Both the position numbers and the translations under genes were made by a program. Positions 52,224 to 63,273 of a DNA stretch of 64,000 bases are shown in pieces. The notes under the pieces are model-generated. The model saw nothing but the letters and a program-made list of their open reading frames with translations, did not search any database and was not told where the DNA came from. Position 1 is the first letter of the stretch. Every line of letters starts with the position of its first letter. Origin of the DNA: an uncultured Chthonomonadaceae bacterium (GTDB taxonomy: Bacteria; Armatimonadota; Chthonomonadetes; Chthonomonadales; Chthonomonadaceae); the NCBI GenBank assembly GCA_963817895.1, contig CAWFQB010000004.1, positions 160,001 through 224,000 on the forward strand. Direction: 5' to 3'.

Positions 52224-54024
52224 ATGAACACCCCGCTTCCTGCCCACCGCCTGAACACCCCTCTGCCCAAAATCGGCATACGCCCCGCCATTGACGGACG
52301 CTACGGCGGCATCCGCGAGTCGCTGGAAGGCCCGGTTATGCAAATGGCGCGGAATGTGGCCGAGTTTCTCACTGCCAATCTGCTTCATTCCTGCGGCCTG
52401 CCCGTCGAGTGCGTGATCGCGGACGAGTGCATTGGCGGCGTGGCTGAAGCCGCCCGTTGCGCCGCCAAATTCGCCCGTGAGGGCGTTGGCGTGTCTCTGA
52501 CCGTCACGAACTGCTGGTGCTACGGAAGCGAAACAATGGACATGGACCCCGTTTTGCCGAAAGCGATCTGGGGATTCAACGGCACACAGCGACCCGGAGC
52601 CGTGTACCTCGCCGCCACGCTCGCCGCGCACAACCAGAAAGGCTTGCCGACATTCGGCATTTACGGGCGCGACGTTCAGGATTTGGAAGAGACTACGATT
52701 CCCGCCGATGTTCAGGAAAAACTGTTGCAATTCGCCCGCGCGGGTATCGCTGTCGCCACTATGCGCGGCACGTCCTATTTAGGCATGGGCGGCATGTCTA
52801 TGGGCATTTTGGGAAGCATGGTAGACCCCGATTTCTGGCAGGACTATTTCGGGATGCGTACCGAAGTCGTGGACATGACCGAATTTGTCCGCCGCATGGA
52901 TGAGAAAATTTACGACCCGGAAGAGTACGAACGCGCCCTTGCATGGACGCGCGAACACTGCAAGGAGGGCGAAGACCTGCAACCCGCCCAGCAAACAACA
53001 CGACCGCGCGCAAAAAGACAAAGATTGGGAAATCTGCGTACAAATGACCCTGATTGCCCGCGACCTGATGGCAGGAAACCCACGTCTCGCGGAACTCGGC
53101 TTTAAGGAGGAGGCGCAGGGGCATAACGCGCTTGCCGGAGGGTTTCAGGGGCAGCGGCAGTGGACAGACCACTTTCCCAATGGCGACTTCATGGAGGCGA
53201 TGCTCAACACCAGTTTTGATTGGAACGGGATACGCCAGCCGTATATGGTGGCGACGGAAAACGACGCGCTCAACGCCGCGTCCATGCTGTTGGGGCATCT
53301 GCTGACGGGAACCGCGCAACTGTTCGCGGACGTGCGAACGTACTGGAGTCCCGAAGCCGTGCAGCGCGTGACCGGGCATGTTCTGGAGGGCGCAGGCGTA
53401 AACGGCTTTTTGCATCTCATCAATTCCGGCCCTGCCGCTCTCGACTGGACGGGAGAGCAAACCGAAAACGGTAAGCCTGTCCTCAAACGCTTTGGCGACA
53501 TCACGCCCGAAGACGCCGACAAATGCCTGAACGCGACCCTGTTCCGACCGGGTACGCTGGAATACTTCCGGGGCGGCGGATACTCGACGGATTTCACCAC
53601 GCGGGGCGGGATGCCCGTGACGATGTGCCGCGTCAATCTCGTCAAGGAACTCGGCCCCGTCCTGCAAATCGCCGAAGGGTACACCCTCGACCTGCCCGAA
53701 GCCGTTCACAACGTCCTCGACCAGCGCACCGACCCGACATGGCCGACAACCTGGTTCGTGCCGAACTTAACGGGACAGGGGGCGTTTGCCGACGTGTACA
53801 GCGTGATGAACGCCTGGGGAGCCAATCACGGCGCGATCTGTTACGGCCACATCGGAGCCGATTTAATCACGCTCGCGTCCATGCTGCGCCTCCCCGTTGA
53901 CATGCACAACGTCGCCGAAAACCGCCTGTTCCGTCCGAGCGCGTGGGCGCGTTTCGGCGCGGGCATGGACAGCGTAGGAGCCGACTTCCGCGCCTGCGCC
54001 GCGTATGGTCCTCTCTACCGGTGA
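52224..54024 (+). CDS. fucI: L-fucose isomerase (frameshift near 52985)
   Basis: [51 protein letters not shown] and YGPLY. Confidence 0.95.
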
Positions 54025-54150
54025 CAACTCCCCAGGCGTGAACGCCGGGGCTTCTACGGTCATGCTCCGTGTCCTTCCCTGCGGGTGGACGCCCGGTGTG
54101 CTGCCCCACGCCCACTCTATTGTGCCTTCCACACAAATGCGTTGTTTCGG
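54021..54150 (-). mobile_element. Non-autonomous IS200/IS605-like mini element (TnpB-type right end)
   Basis: Minus strand ends AGAAGCCCCGGCGTTCACGCCTGGGGAGTTGTCAC (hairpin plus TCAC); putative left end CCGAAACAACGC preceded by CTAAT. Confidence 0.55.
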
Positions 54151-54240
54151 ATTAGCCGTTCGCGCAGGCTGATCTGCAACTAAAGAAAAAATCCTGAAGG
54201 CTGCTCTATTACTTCGTCAATTTACCCCTACGTTCTAAAT

Positions 54241-54322
54241 TGTAGGGGTTCTGCTTGCTGAACCCTCCTCATACAAGGGCTGAACCCTCCTCAAATAAGG
54301 CGCAGCAAGCAACGCCCCTACA
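54241..54322. repeat. GTAG-type REP doublet with internal 15-bp direct repeat
   Basis: tgtaggggttctgcttgctg ... cagcaagcaacgcccctaca; gctgaaccctcctca at 54257-54271 and 54279-54293. Confidence 0.65.
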
Positions 54323-54345
54323 CTTGCCTTCTACCTTGACGGAGT

Positions 54346-54516
54346 AGTGGCCTGCGAATCACTGTCTATAAAGTGCTGGAGTATCTCGCCTCAGAAATGA
54401 CGGAGCAGGAGATACTTGAGGATTTCCCCGATCTGACACACGCGGACTTGAAAGCCTGTCTCGCCTACGCCGCTGACCGTGAGCGGCGGTTTATGACCTC
54501 TCCTCTTGCCGCATGA
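54346..54516 (+). pseudogene. DUF433 antitoxin, 5'-truncated
   Basis: GLRITVYKVLEYLASEMTEQEILEDFPDLT.ADLKACLAYAADRERR with no N-terminal GKPCI segment. Confidence 0.8.
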
Positions 54517-54844
54517 AACTGCTTTTTGATGCGAATTTATCGCCACGTCTCGCCTTGCGTCTTGCCGATCTTTCCCGGCTTCAACGCATGTTCGGGATAT
54601 TGGGTTGCGGGCGGCGGATGACCCTGCTGTTTGGGAATACGCGCGCCAAAACGAGTTTATCATTGTTTCCAAAGATGCCGATATGCACGATTTGAGTCTG
54701 CTTTTCGGCAATCCTCCCAAAGTTATCTGGCTGCGATTGGGAAACTGTTCCACAGTTCAGGCAGAGAATCTCCTGCGGCGTGAGTTCGCGGCGATTAAGA
54801 CATTCTACGACGATACTACCGTTTCCTTGCTTGCCTTACGCTGA
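54513..54844 (+). CDS. DUF5615 PIN-like toxin (frameshift near 54580)
   Basis: MKLLFDANLSP then ADDPAVWEYA...VSKDAD...PPKVIWLRLGN. Confidence 0.8.
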
Positions 54845-54972
54845 ACAGCCTTAAACTGCGCCAATTTGTTCTCAACGAGAGCGGCTTCTTCCGGCGTTAG
54901 TTCCAGAAATTCTGCTGTCGTTCCCACTTTCCAGCTTTTAGCTTCTAATCTCTCCTGCTTTGCTTTATCCAT
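54805..54972 (-). pseudogene. Truncated XRE-family antitoxin N-terminus
   Basis: MDKAKQERLEAKSWKVGTTAEFLELTPEEAALVE with the HTH part missing. Confidence 0.6.
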
Positions 54973-54992
54973 TGTTTGCATCTTGTTTGTCG

Positions 54993-55865
54993 TCAACCTT
55001 TTACTGCCCCCGCTGTTAAACCTGCCATAAACTCTTTTTGCAATGCCAAAAACAGAATTACTACCGGAACGACGCTTATCAGAGTTCCGGCCATCAACAT
55101 GCCTATCTCATTGTCGTAAGAGCCGCGCAGTTGGTTGAGGGCGATGGGGAGCGTGAACAGTTCCTTGCGGTGCAGCATGATTTGCGGCCACAGGAAACTG
55201 TTCCATGTCCCCATGAAACTCATCAGGCTGAACGCGCCGATCATGGGACGCGAAATCGGCATGACTATATCCCAATAGATGCGAAACTCGGAACAGCCGT
55301 CTATCCGCGCGGCCTGCAACAGTTCGTCGGGAACCTGTACGATGGATTGCCGGAACAGGAAGATGCCGAACACGCTTACGGCTCCGGGGATAATCAAGCC
55401 CAAATGCGTATCCACCAGCCCCAGATGGTGCAGCAGTTCGTACATCGGGGCCATTGTCAACTGTCCGGGGATCATCAGGGTGGCGAGCATCAGCACGACG
55501 AGGGCGCGTTTGCCCCGAAACTCGTATTTGGCAAGCGCGAACCCGGCCAGCGAACTGAAAAAGAGTTGTACAATCACCACACTGCTCGCCAGAAACGCGC
55601 TGTTGAGCAGGCCGCGCGGCAGCATATCGGATTTCTGCGCCAGTTTGACAAAGTTCTCCCCCGTCCAATGCGGCGCGAAGAACAGGTAGTGAAACTGGTC
55701 GGCGTCGCTTTTAGTCGTTGCGGCAATCAGCCAGATCAGGGGCGTCAGCACGATCAGCGCGCAGGCCGCCAGCAGAATATAAAAGCCGATTTTAGAGATG
55801 ACAGCAGCGGTTTTGCGGTTCACGCCTGCGCGGTTTTTAGCGCGAACAAAAGTATTGTCGCTCAT
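54993..55865 (-). CDS. Carbohydrate ABC transporter permease (MalG-like)
   Basis: AGFALAK.EFRG, ELLQAARIDG, WNSFLWP and GLTAGAVKG. Confidence 0.93.
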   Translation of the reverse strand: MSDNTFVRAKNRAGVNRKTAAVISKIGFYILLAACALIVLTPLIWLIAATTKSDADQFHYLFFAPHWTGENFVKLAQKSDMLPRGLLNSAFLASSVVIVQLFFSSLAGFALAKYEFRGKRALVVLMLATLMIPGQLTMAPMYELLHHLGLVDTHLGLIIPGAVSVFGIFLFRQSIVQVPDELLQAARIDGCSEFRIYWDIVMPISRPMIGAFSLMSFMGTWNSFLWPQIMLHRKELFTLPIALNQLRGSYDNEIGMLMAGTLISVVPVVILFLALQKEFMAGLTAGAVKG

Positions 55866-56755
55866 GCGGCCTCCGTCTTCCATGCGCCCGTTATGCGCAA
55901 CTGAAACAGGCTGACAATCAACACGCCCACCGCCAGCGTCCAGCCGATGGCGGACGCCAGCCCTAAATCGCCGTTGATAAAGCCGTTGTCGTACAGGTAC
56001 ATCACGATGGTCAGGCCGGCTTTATTGGGGCCGGCCGAGTTGTTGAGCAGGATGTAGGGCAGCTCGAACAGTTGAAACGAGCCGATTGTGGCGGTAATCA
56101 GCACGAATACGGCAACGGGTTTAATTCCCGGCAATGTCACCGCCCGGAACTGATGCCAGCCGTTCGCGCCATCTATTCTCGCGGCCTCGTACAATTCCAG
56201 ATCCACCGATTGCAGCGCGGCGAGAAAATAGATCATGTTGAAACCTACGTACATCCACAGCGACGTAAGCACGAGCGCGGGCATGACAAGGGCGGGATTG
56301 GAAAGCCATTTGGTTTCCAGAGGAAAACGGGGAATCGCGCCGTGCAGGGTGGTATTGACAAGCCCGTATTTGGGCGCGTACAGCGTTCCGAACAGCACGG
56401 CGACAAACGCCTGCCCGACAAGATGCGGCGAAAAGAACGCGAACCGCCAGAACGCCCGCCCCTTCAGCCACGCTTGATTGAGGAAAATCGCCAGTCCCAG
56501 CGCGAGCGGCAACTGCAAAAAGACGGACCAGAACGCATAATGGGCGGTATTCCACAAAGCCGTGTGGAAATCCGGGTCATGCAGAATGAAGGCGTAATTG
56601 CTCATTCCGACATAGACATGATCGCGCGGCCCATTCGTGGCATACAGCGACAGTGACAGGCTTTTCACAATCGGATACAGCCCGAAAACGCAAAAAGTGA
56701 GCAGAAACGGCGCAATAAACAGGTAGGGGGCATATTGGCGAGCGCGTGTTGGCAT
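55862..56755 (-). CDS. Carbohydrate ABC transporter permease (MalF-like)
   Basis: YLFIAP, ELYEAARIDGA and VTLPGIKP. Confidence 0.93.
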   Translation of the reverse strand: MPTRARQYAPYLFIAPFLLTFCVFGLYPIVKSLSLSLYATNGPRDHVYVGMSNYAFILHDPDFHTALWNTAHYAFWSVFLQLPLALGLAIFLNQAWLKGRAFWRFAFFSPHLVGQAFVAVLFGTLYAPKYGLVNTTLHGAIPRFPLETKWLSNPALVMPALVLTSLWMYVGFNMIYFLAALQSVDLELYEAARIDGANGWHQFRAVTLPGIKPVAVFVLITATIGSFQLFELPYILLNNSAGPNKAGLTIVMYLYDNGFINGDLGLASAIGWTLAVGVLIVSLFQLRITGAWKTEAA

Positions 56756-56849
56756 GGTGTCAGGTTGTCCGGTTGTCCGGGCGTCAGGCTGTCAGGCGCA
56801 GGACAAGCAGCAGGGACGCCATTGGAACGGTATTGGGGCTAATCCTATT

Positions 56850-58654
56850 TTAACTCAGGCGAAGCCAGCAGCCGGAACCGGCGGGAACCGCAACGCTGAC
56901 GCTCGCTTCCACGACATTGAGAACGGCATCGGCAAGAACATCCCGCGCTTCTGTGTAGGGTAGGGATACAGGAAGGGCAACGCTGCGTTCTTCCGCGCTG
57001 TCGTTGATGAGAAAGACGTGTTCGGCGTTCTGGCTAGTGCGGCGGAACTGCAAACAGCCGGTCAGCCCCGGCAGTTCGGTTTGCCTGCTGCCAAGAATGT
57101 AGGACAGCAAACTCAGTTGCGCGTTGGGCAGGTTTTCATCGGCGTTAATTTGAGACAGCGGCAGGTTGATGAGCAAGGCGCGGCCTTTGCCAACGCGATT
57201 TTCCGTAAAGGCCGGGACTTCGCCGGAACCGCCGCCCGCCCTTGCGGTTGTCGTGACGATCTGAGCGCGTAATTGCGCAGGTGTGGGAGCGTCTTTCGGA
57301 TTGGGCAGGTCCGCATAAAACACGCCTGCAATGCTGACGCCGAAAAGCTGCTCGAAGGACGAGCCGGGGCGCGTGTTCAGCAAGTTCGCCCTTGTCATTG
57401 TACAAGCCCGTCGGCAGTTCGGTAACAAGGCGCGTTCCATTTTCAACAAGTGTCTTCAACTTTGTCAGCAATGTTTCTGAAATGCGCTCTGAACCGGGAA
57501 GGAAGAGAATTGGAGCGAGGAGCGAACCGTAGCGTTCATCAGTTGCTCTTCCGTGACAAAAGCGAGTGGTACATTGGCATTGACTAATGCGCGCGTCGCG
57601 CCAAAGGGTCGCTTGCAGAGGCGCGGCCTGTGGCTAAAATATGCGCCTGCGGCACGGACTGCGAGTGCCATAATTCCTGTTGCCAGCGTTCCACAGCCTG
57701 CGCCATACGTCCGGCGGTTTGTGCAGCGGGCGTGACGCGGTCCAGCCAGTCCAAAAAACCGGTGTTGCCTATATTGTATATCTTGGCTGCCACTGGTCAA
57801 ACCAAACCGATTTGAAGCCTGATGCCAGCGCAATCAGCAGAATGCGCGTCATTATCCCTGCCGTCATTGTGAACGAACGCGCGCTGCCGTAACCTGTGGT
57901 TCCTCCGGTACAATCATACAAAATGGGCAAGAGCGGGGCTGTGCTGTCAACGCCCTGTTTTGCCATTGCGTAGAAGGGACGATCCCAGTTCTCGACTGCC
58001 TTCTGTTGCAATGATAACTAGATTTCCCGGAGCGCCAAACAAAGTGTGAACCGAATCCAATCCGTAGGCCTTGAGGTGACTGATGGGCGTATGGCAATAA
58101 TGATTTTTGGTCAGGATGGGATGGTTGGGATCGGCATCATAACAAGCGCGCAGCAAGCCCGCCGCCTCTTCCTGTGACTTGCGGAAACTCGCTTCCGTCT
58201 GAAAGTCTGTCTTATCCGGGTCCCATAAAAATCCCCGGATTTCCATAATCCACGCCAGTAAAGCGGGATGTTCGCGATATTGTCGAACAAACCTTTGTAC
58301 CCATTTGGTAACATCGGCAAACGCGCCAACATTCCAACTGCCGGAATCGTCGTCCGTTCTTAAACTGTGGTGCGGCTCATTACCCGGTTCGCACCACAGT
58401 TTTAATCCGGCCTGTTCTGCGGCGTCGAAAAAACGGTCGGGATTGCGCCAGTTCATCATGCCGAGAGATTTCTCAATGTCTGTGTCACGGTTGAACGTTA
58501 CGCGAACGGTTTGAAAGCCCGTGTCTCGGATGCGCTTCAACTCGTCGCGCAAGGCGGCATCCGACCACTGCTCCCAATTCTGCAAGGCCACGCCGATTGT
58601 TAAGGGACACTCTTCATCCCATTTGCTGCGCCAATTCTGTTCCGGTTCCGCCAC
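56850..58654 (-). CDS. Clan-A glycoside hydrolase, GH42/beta-galactosidase-like (several frameshifts)
   Basis: ELKRIRDTGFQTVRV, FFDAAEQAGLK, YREHPALLAW, and a C-terminal trimerisation-like domain ending VFLIND. Confidence 0.55.
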
Positions 58655-58680
58655 TGTGTTCCCCTTTGTCTGCTGAATAG

Positions 58681-58727
58681 CCCTCAACCCCCGACCCCTT
58701 CTCCCAAAAAGCCTGGGAGAAGGGGAG
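58681..58727. repeat. REP-like hairpin, same family as 5766-5829
   Basis: ccctcaacccccgaccccttctcccaaaaagcctgggagaagggga. Confidence 0.75.
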
Positions 58728-59131
58728 CCACTCACTTTCATGAACTGAGGCAAACAGAGTTGATGAGGGTTGTTGTGCAGGTGATTTCGACGCGCCCGAC
58801 AATCTTCCCTGCAAGGGGAATGTCGGGATAACGCCGAAGTTTTCGCCGTCGTATTGAAGATACGTGAATCGGTGTTCAATGGATTGACCTGTTTTGCAGT
58901 TGGCGTACTCCCAAAGCTGTAGTTTAGTGGCATATCCACGCAAAATTGAGAACCCTGTACCGTAAATGGAGCGTATAGGCAAGTAGGGGACACTGCGCGA
59001 CGGTTGCAGAGAGAACGTAATAATGTTATACTGTTGGTGTTCGCACCTCAAAATGCGTTGATGTTTCCGCCCGTTTTGCCACTGTTTCCGCCCTGTTTTT
59101 GGGCGCTATGTTCGATTTTGGGAGATTTGTC

Positions 59132-59860
59132 ATGCCAGCCAACCGGAATGCCAACGGTCGTCCTTATGCCCGCCGCAATCAGCGCCAACAGTCGGGCAAC
59201 AAATCCAATGATACGCTTGCCGCGCTTGCCGCCTTCGGCCTGATCGCCGTACTCGCGCTTGCCGCCTTTGTGCTGCTTGGCAATCGCTCCCCCGGCACGA
59301 AACTGAACCTGCTTGTCGCGGCGGATGTGACCAACAGCGTCGGTAAGGGCGACCGGCAAAAACTGTTTGGGATTCTGGATAATACCATTGACGGGGCGTT
59401 GCCCAAAGGCACCGAAATTCGGCTGTGGGCGTTTGACGTGAACGCGCACGAGATCAGCGATAAAACGCCGCGCAAATCCGAAGACCTGTGGCCGGACGAG
59501 GATCAGTGCATCGCCCATCATCAGGACGCGCAGGGAACATTGCCTGCCAAAGCGCTAAGTGAGATGGATGCGGCTATTCAGACTGCCCAAAGTAAAGGTG
59601 AAAACGTCGCCTGCCTGCTGCTCACGGATGGCGAAGATACAGACACCAACAAAAAAGCGGAGGAACAGGCCGCGCAGAAGATTGCCGATCACAGCAATGT
59701 GAAAGCCGTCTGGTTCGCGGGCGCGTCAACGGAGAATGGCTTTCGCTCCACGCTGGAGCGGCGTTTAGGTTCCATTCTTGGCAACCGCCTTGTGATTTCC
59801 AGTAACGGCGACGCGCAGGATGGCTTGAATAAGTTTCGAGCGTTGCTTGAGAAGAAGTAG
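59132..59860 (+). CDS. Membrane-anchored vWA-like domain protein
   Basis: One TM, MIDAS-like ADVTNSV, GT, and LLTDGED. Confidence 0.7.
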   Translation: MPANRNANGRPYARRNQRQQSGNKSNDTLAALAAFGLIAVLALAAFVLLGNRSPGTKLNLLVAADVTNSVGKGDRQKLFGILDNTIDGALPKGTEIRLWAFDVNAHEISDKTPRKSEDLWPDEDQCIAHHQDAQGTLPAKALSEMDAAIQTAQSKGENVACLLLTDGEDTDTNKKAEEQAAQKIADHSNVKAVWFAGASTENGFRSTLERRLGSILGNRLVISSNGDAQDGLNKFRALLEKK

Positions 59861-59969
59861 GGATGAGATACGAGATACGAGTCAATCCTTGTTGATTTCA
59901 ACTTTCCAGCAACAATTGAGAGGCTATAAAATAGTTCCTCCTCGTATCTCGTATCTCGTATCTCATCCC
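59860..59969. repeat. Inverted heptamer repeat (GAGATAC)n
   Basis: gggatgagatacgagatacgag ... ctcgtatctcgtatctcgtatctcatccc. Confidence 0.88.
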
Positions 59970-59985
59970 TACAAAGGATTTTCCT

Positions 59986-61900
59986 ATGGACGACAACATG
60001 GGCGACGTGGAACTGCCGGAAGTGGCGGTCGTGGCGGGGAACGGGCATCATGCCGTAGACGCGGGCGTGGAAACGACCCGCGTTTTGTCCCATGCCGCCG
60101 GGCTGGAATCGGCGCGTGTCGCGCCGGCTGATGTTTTGCCCAATGGCGTTGCGGGAGCCTCCGCTTATGGAGTGACGCAGCGAACGCGGGAGGGGAACGC
60201 GCCCATGTCGGACGGGGAAACAAACGGAACCAACCGCAAACATAACGATGCGCCCTCGCTGTTCTGGAACAGTTCGCTGTCGGATCAGGAGGAGCTGAAC
60301 TGGTTTGTGCCGCCCCTCCCGCATAGCGAGAAAGCGGACGCGCCCACAGAGGAGATGCTGAACCAGTTCGGGCAAATGTTGCCGCAGCAGCCCAAACGCG
60401 CGTGGATGCTGAAGTGGAACTACCGTACCCGTTCCGCCGCCACCGCAGCGGAGCAGGCGCATGTCGAGCAGGAGGCGCAGGGGCAGTTTGCCCGCATTAA
60501 AGAGCAGGCCGAGCGCGAAATTCAGCGTATTGATTCCGATGTGAAGCGGCTGAACGCGACAGCAGCAGGAATTGGAGCACAATCTGCTTCAACGCGCAAA
60601 ACGCTTTTGCCGAGTCCGCCGCCCGCGCGGGACTGCACTGCGAAATGTCCGAGCCTGCGCCCGTTGTCACGCCCGCGCGTTCCCGTCGGGGCCGGCGCGA
60701 GGCAGCGGAAGAGGATAGCAACGCTCTGTCGCGGAACCGGTCGGCAGAATCAATCCGCAAGTGGTGGAGGACGCGCTCAATGACGCGGTTCCCACGTTGC
60801 AGGAGATGGCGGGCGAGTACGGGGTCGGGCCGGTCGGACACACGGACACGCTGGCAAGAATTTTGTCGTTTTTCATGCAGTTTCTGGCCCCGCTTGTGGC
60901 AGGCATGATGCTTGCCCTGTGTTTGGGTACGCTTGTCGGAATTCTGGATATTGACACCTTGCAGCGTTCCGACAGCGCGCCGCAGCTTGCCCTTTCCGGC
61001 GCGTTGGGCTTTGTGATTGTCTATCTGATGGGTGAACTGTTTCATACGGCTGTGGCGACGCTGGCTCGCAGTCTGGAAACGCGGGACGCGGACATGGCGC
61101 ACAAGCCTAATGTGCCGCGCTTCCGCAGCAACATGGGCATTGCGGTTGTCCTGATTGTGGTCGCGCTTGGGTTAGGCGTGGCGGAAGTGACGGCGGAGGG
61201 GCTGGGTATCCGGCAACTGCATCAGCAGCAGATTGCTCGCCAGAATCGCTTCAAGGGAACGCCCGTTGCCAATCCTTCTACTGCAAACGCGCGTCCCAAT
61301 GGCAGCGCGGCGCAGCCGGTTGCCCCCGCCCCGGCTCCCGTTTCGGAAGAGTTGCCTCTGATTGTCTATCTTGTAATCGGCACACTTATCAGCGGGCCAT
61401 ATCTCGCCTATAAAACGGCGCGAGGGTGGGGCGAAAACGAAACGCATTTGCGCGAAGCGTGGCTGACGCATCGGCAGCGCGTTTGGCTGGACGAGCGGCG
61501 GGCGCAGCCGGACGTGCAGATGGCGTTCCACCATGCGTATACGGTCGAGCAGATCGAATCCAATTTAACTCGGACGCGCTGGCAACTGCAAAATCTGGAA
61601 GAGCAGCGAACCCGCGCCCTGAACGTGGAACTCCCCGCCGGACTGCAAACGCGGCGGCGCGAAGCGCGGGCGGCGGCGGTTGGCGAAGCGGCCCGCTTGC
61701 AGCAGTCCATCGAAGACCTGATAGATGTTCACGAGCCTTTGCCACGCGCGGGACAGCAGATGTCTCCGTCGCAGGCCGGAATGAACCCGCGACAGGGCGT
61801 AAATGGCGCGAGCCTGCACCCCTCCTCGCTTCCCAACTACGGACAGGAGCCGAACCAGTTTGATTTTGACTGGTCAGGTTCCCGCAAACCCAGGGCATAA
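59986..61900 (+). CDS. Hypothetical coiled-coil, 4-TM membrane protein (frameshifts 60570-60760)
   Basis: AAGGA RBS; two overlapping ORFs with coiled coils and four hydrophobic helices. Confidence 0.6.
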
Positions 61901-61905
61901 GGCTG

Positions 61906-63069
61906 ATGTTTCGATTTCGACTGCTATTTGCCCTGATTGGCGTTCTGAGCTGCCTCACAATGGCGGGCGGCATGGAGTGGTTTTTTCGGCGCGTCAATCT
62001 GGCGGCGAATCTGGATGACCGCGCCTCGCGTGTCCTGATTGTTCGCAGCGAAATCTCGCAGCGCGTGGAACAGGCGGGCGGGCAGTCAGGCGACGTGCAG
62101 ATTACCCTGACATGGAACAACCGCAACGATCTGGATTTATCCTGTATTGATCCCAAAGGGGAAAAAATCTGGTTTCAGCACAAGCGTTCCCGTTCGGGCG
62201 GCGAACTGGATGTAGACAGCAACGCTATTTTTGGGCGGCTGACCTCGCGCCCCGTAGAAAACATCCGCTGGCCCTATGGCAGCGCGCCAATGGGAACGTA
62301 CCGCGTATACGTAGACCACTACCGCAATAATGGGGATGTGGACCCGACGCCGTTCAAAGTATCTATCTTGGAAAAGGGACGGCTGCATGAAGTGCGCGGT
62401 TCCGTTGCGCACGTAGCCGCCGATGAGCCTGCCATCAAGGTGTACGAGTTTAATAATACAGGGGAAGAGTATGGCTGGAGCGGGCTGCTGCCAGCCATTT
62501 TACGCGCCCTTCTGATTACCGGAATTTGGACAAGCTTACTGGCGCTGCTGTTTACGACCGCAATTTGGGCGGGGCAAACCGTGTTCTTTCGGCGCGTTTA
62601 CAAAAAACGCTGGCTGAAACCGCGCGCGATTTGGCTGCTCATCGGGTGGGGAGCGTTATCCGGTTTGCTGGCGGGCGTGGCGGGACAGCTTGTGTTTGGC
62701 CTACTGGCGGTTGTGCCTTCCATTCCGATTCAGATCAGTCGCTATGTAGGATGGATCGTATTGGGAGGGTTGTTCGGGTGGCTGATTTCGCTGCGGATGC
62801 CAAATCTGCCCCGCTGGCCCGCGCTTGCGGGCGGCGTATTCGGCAGTTGGTTGGGTTCCATCGCGTTTCTGATTTCACTGCAAAACAGTTCCGGGGGGTG
62901 GGGGCGATTAGAAGGCGCGATGTTGCTTGGCGGCATGGTGGGCGTGATGATAACGCTGTATCTGCCCTACAAAGAGATTATAGAACCGCTGCAAGACCTG
63001 CGCATAAGCATTGCCGCCCAACGTTTACGCCCGCATCGCAGCCGGGGAGTAGGAACGTTGAAGAGGTGA
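61906..63069 (+). CDS. YfaP/DUF2135-like domain membrane protein
   Basis: GDVQITLTWNNRNDLDL..DP.GE, GGELDVD, VENI.W, GTYRVYV; Gly-rich TM bundle at the C-terminus. Confidence 0.72.
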   Translation: MFRFRLLFALIGVLSCLTMAGGMEWFFRRVNLAANLDDRASRVLIVRSEISQRVEQAGGQSGDVQITLTWNNRNDLDLSCIDPKGEKIWFQHKRSRSGGELDVDSNAIFGRLTSRPVENIRWPYGSAPMGTYRVYVDHYRNNGDVDPTPFKVSILEKGRLHEVRGSVAHVAADEPAIKVYEFNNTGEEYGWSGLLPAILRALLITGIWTSLLALLFTTAIWAGQTVFFRRVYKKRWLKPRAIWLLIGWGALSGLLAGVAGQLVFGLLAVVPSIPIQISRYVGWIVLGGLFGWLISLRMPNLPRWPALAGGVFGSWLGSIAFLISLQNSSGGWGRLEGAMLLGGMVGVMITLYLPYKEIIEPLQDLRISIAAQRLRPHRSRGVGTLKR

Positions 63070-63177
63070 TTGGTGGTTGGTGGCTGGTTAAGCATGTTTG
63101 AACTGTCAATGTGTGTATTCATATCCGCAAGTCCTGCATTGGAACAACCAATCACCAGCCACCAACCACCAATCACC
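63065..63177. repeat. Inverted heptamer repeat (GGTGGTT-type)
   Basis: ggtgattggtggttggtggctggt ... accagccaccaaccaccaatcacc. Confidence 0.88.
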
Positions 63178-63181
63178 AACA

Positions 63182-63269
63182 TGGAGAGGACAGGATTCGA
63201 ACCTGCGATACCCGAAGGTACTGCGCGTTAGCAACACGCCGCCATCAGCCAGAACTCGGCCACCTCCCC
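63182..63269 (-). tRNA. tRNA-Ser(GCT)
   Basis: Hand-folded cloverleaf: GGGGAGG/CCTCTCC acceptor, GCGTG-TTGCTAA-CGCGC anticodon arm, variable arm GTACC-TTCG-GGTAT, GCAGG-TTCGAAT-CCTGT. Confidence 0.88.
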
Positions 63270-63273
63270 AGAA

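Noticed and set aside
54216..54252. Second IS605 end or IscB omegaRNA start (gtcaatttacccc...gggg)
   Set aside because: Better explained by the overlapping GTAG-type REP; no IscB or TnpB nearby.
58730..59100. Riboswitch in long intergenic regions (also 13860-14260, 34860-35290)
   Set aside because: No recognisable aptamer consensus by eye; needs an Infernal scan.
63182..63269. Selenocysteine or suppressor tRNA; integration att site
   Set aside because: The anticodon reads GCT in a 7-nt loop; no duplicated 3' end or integrase seen.
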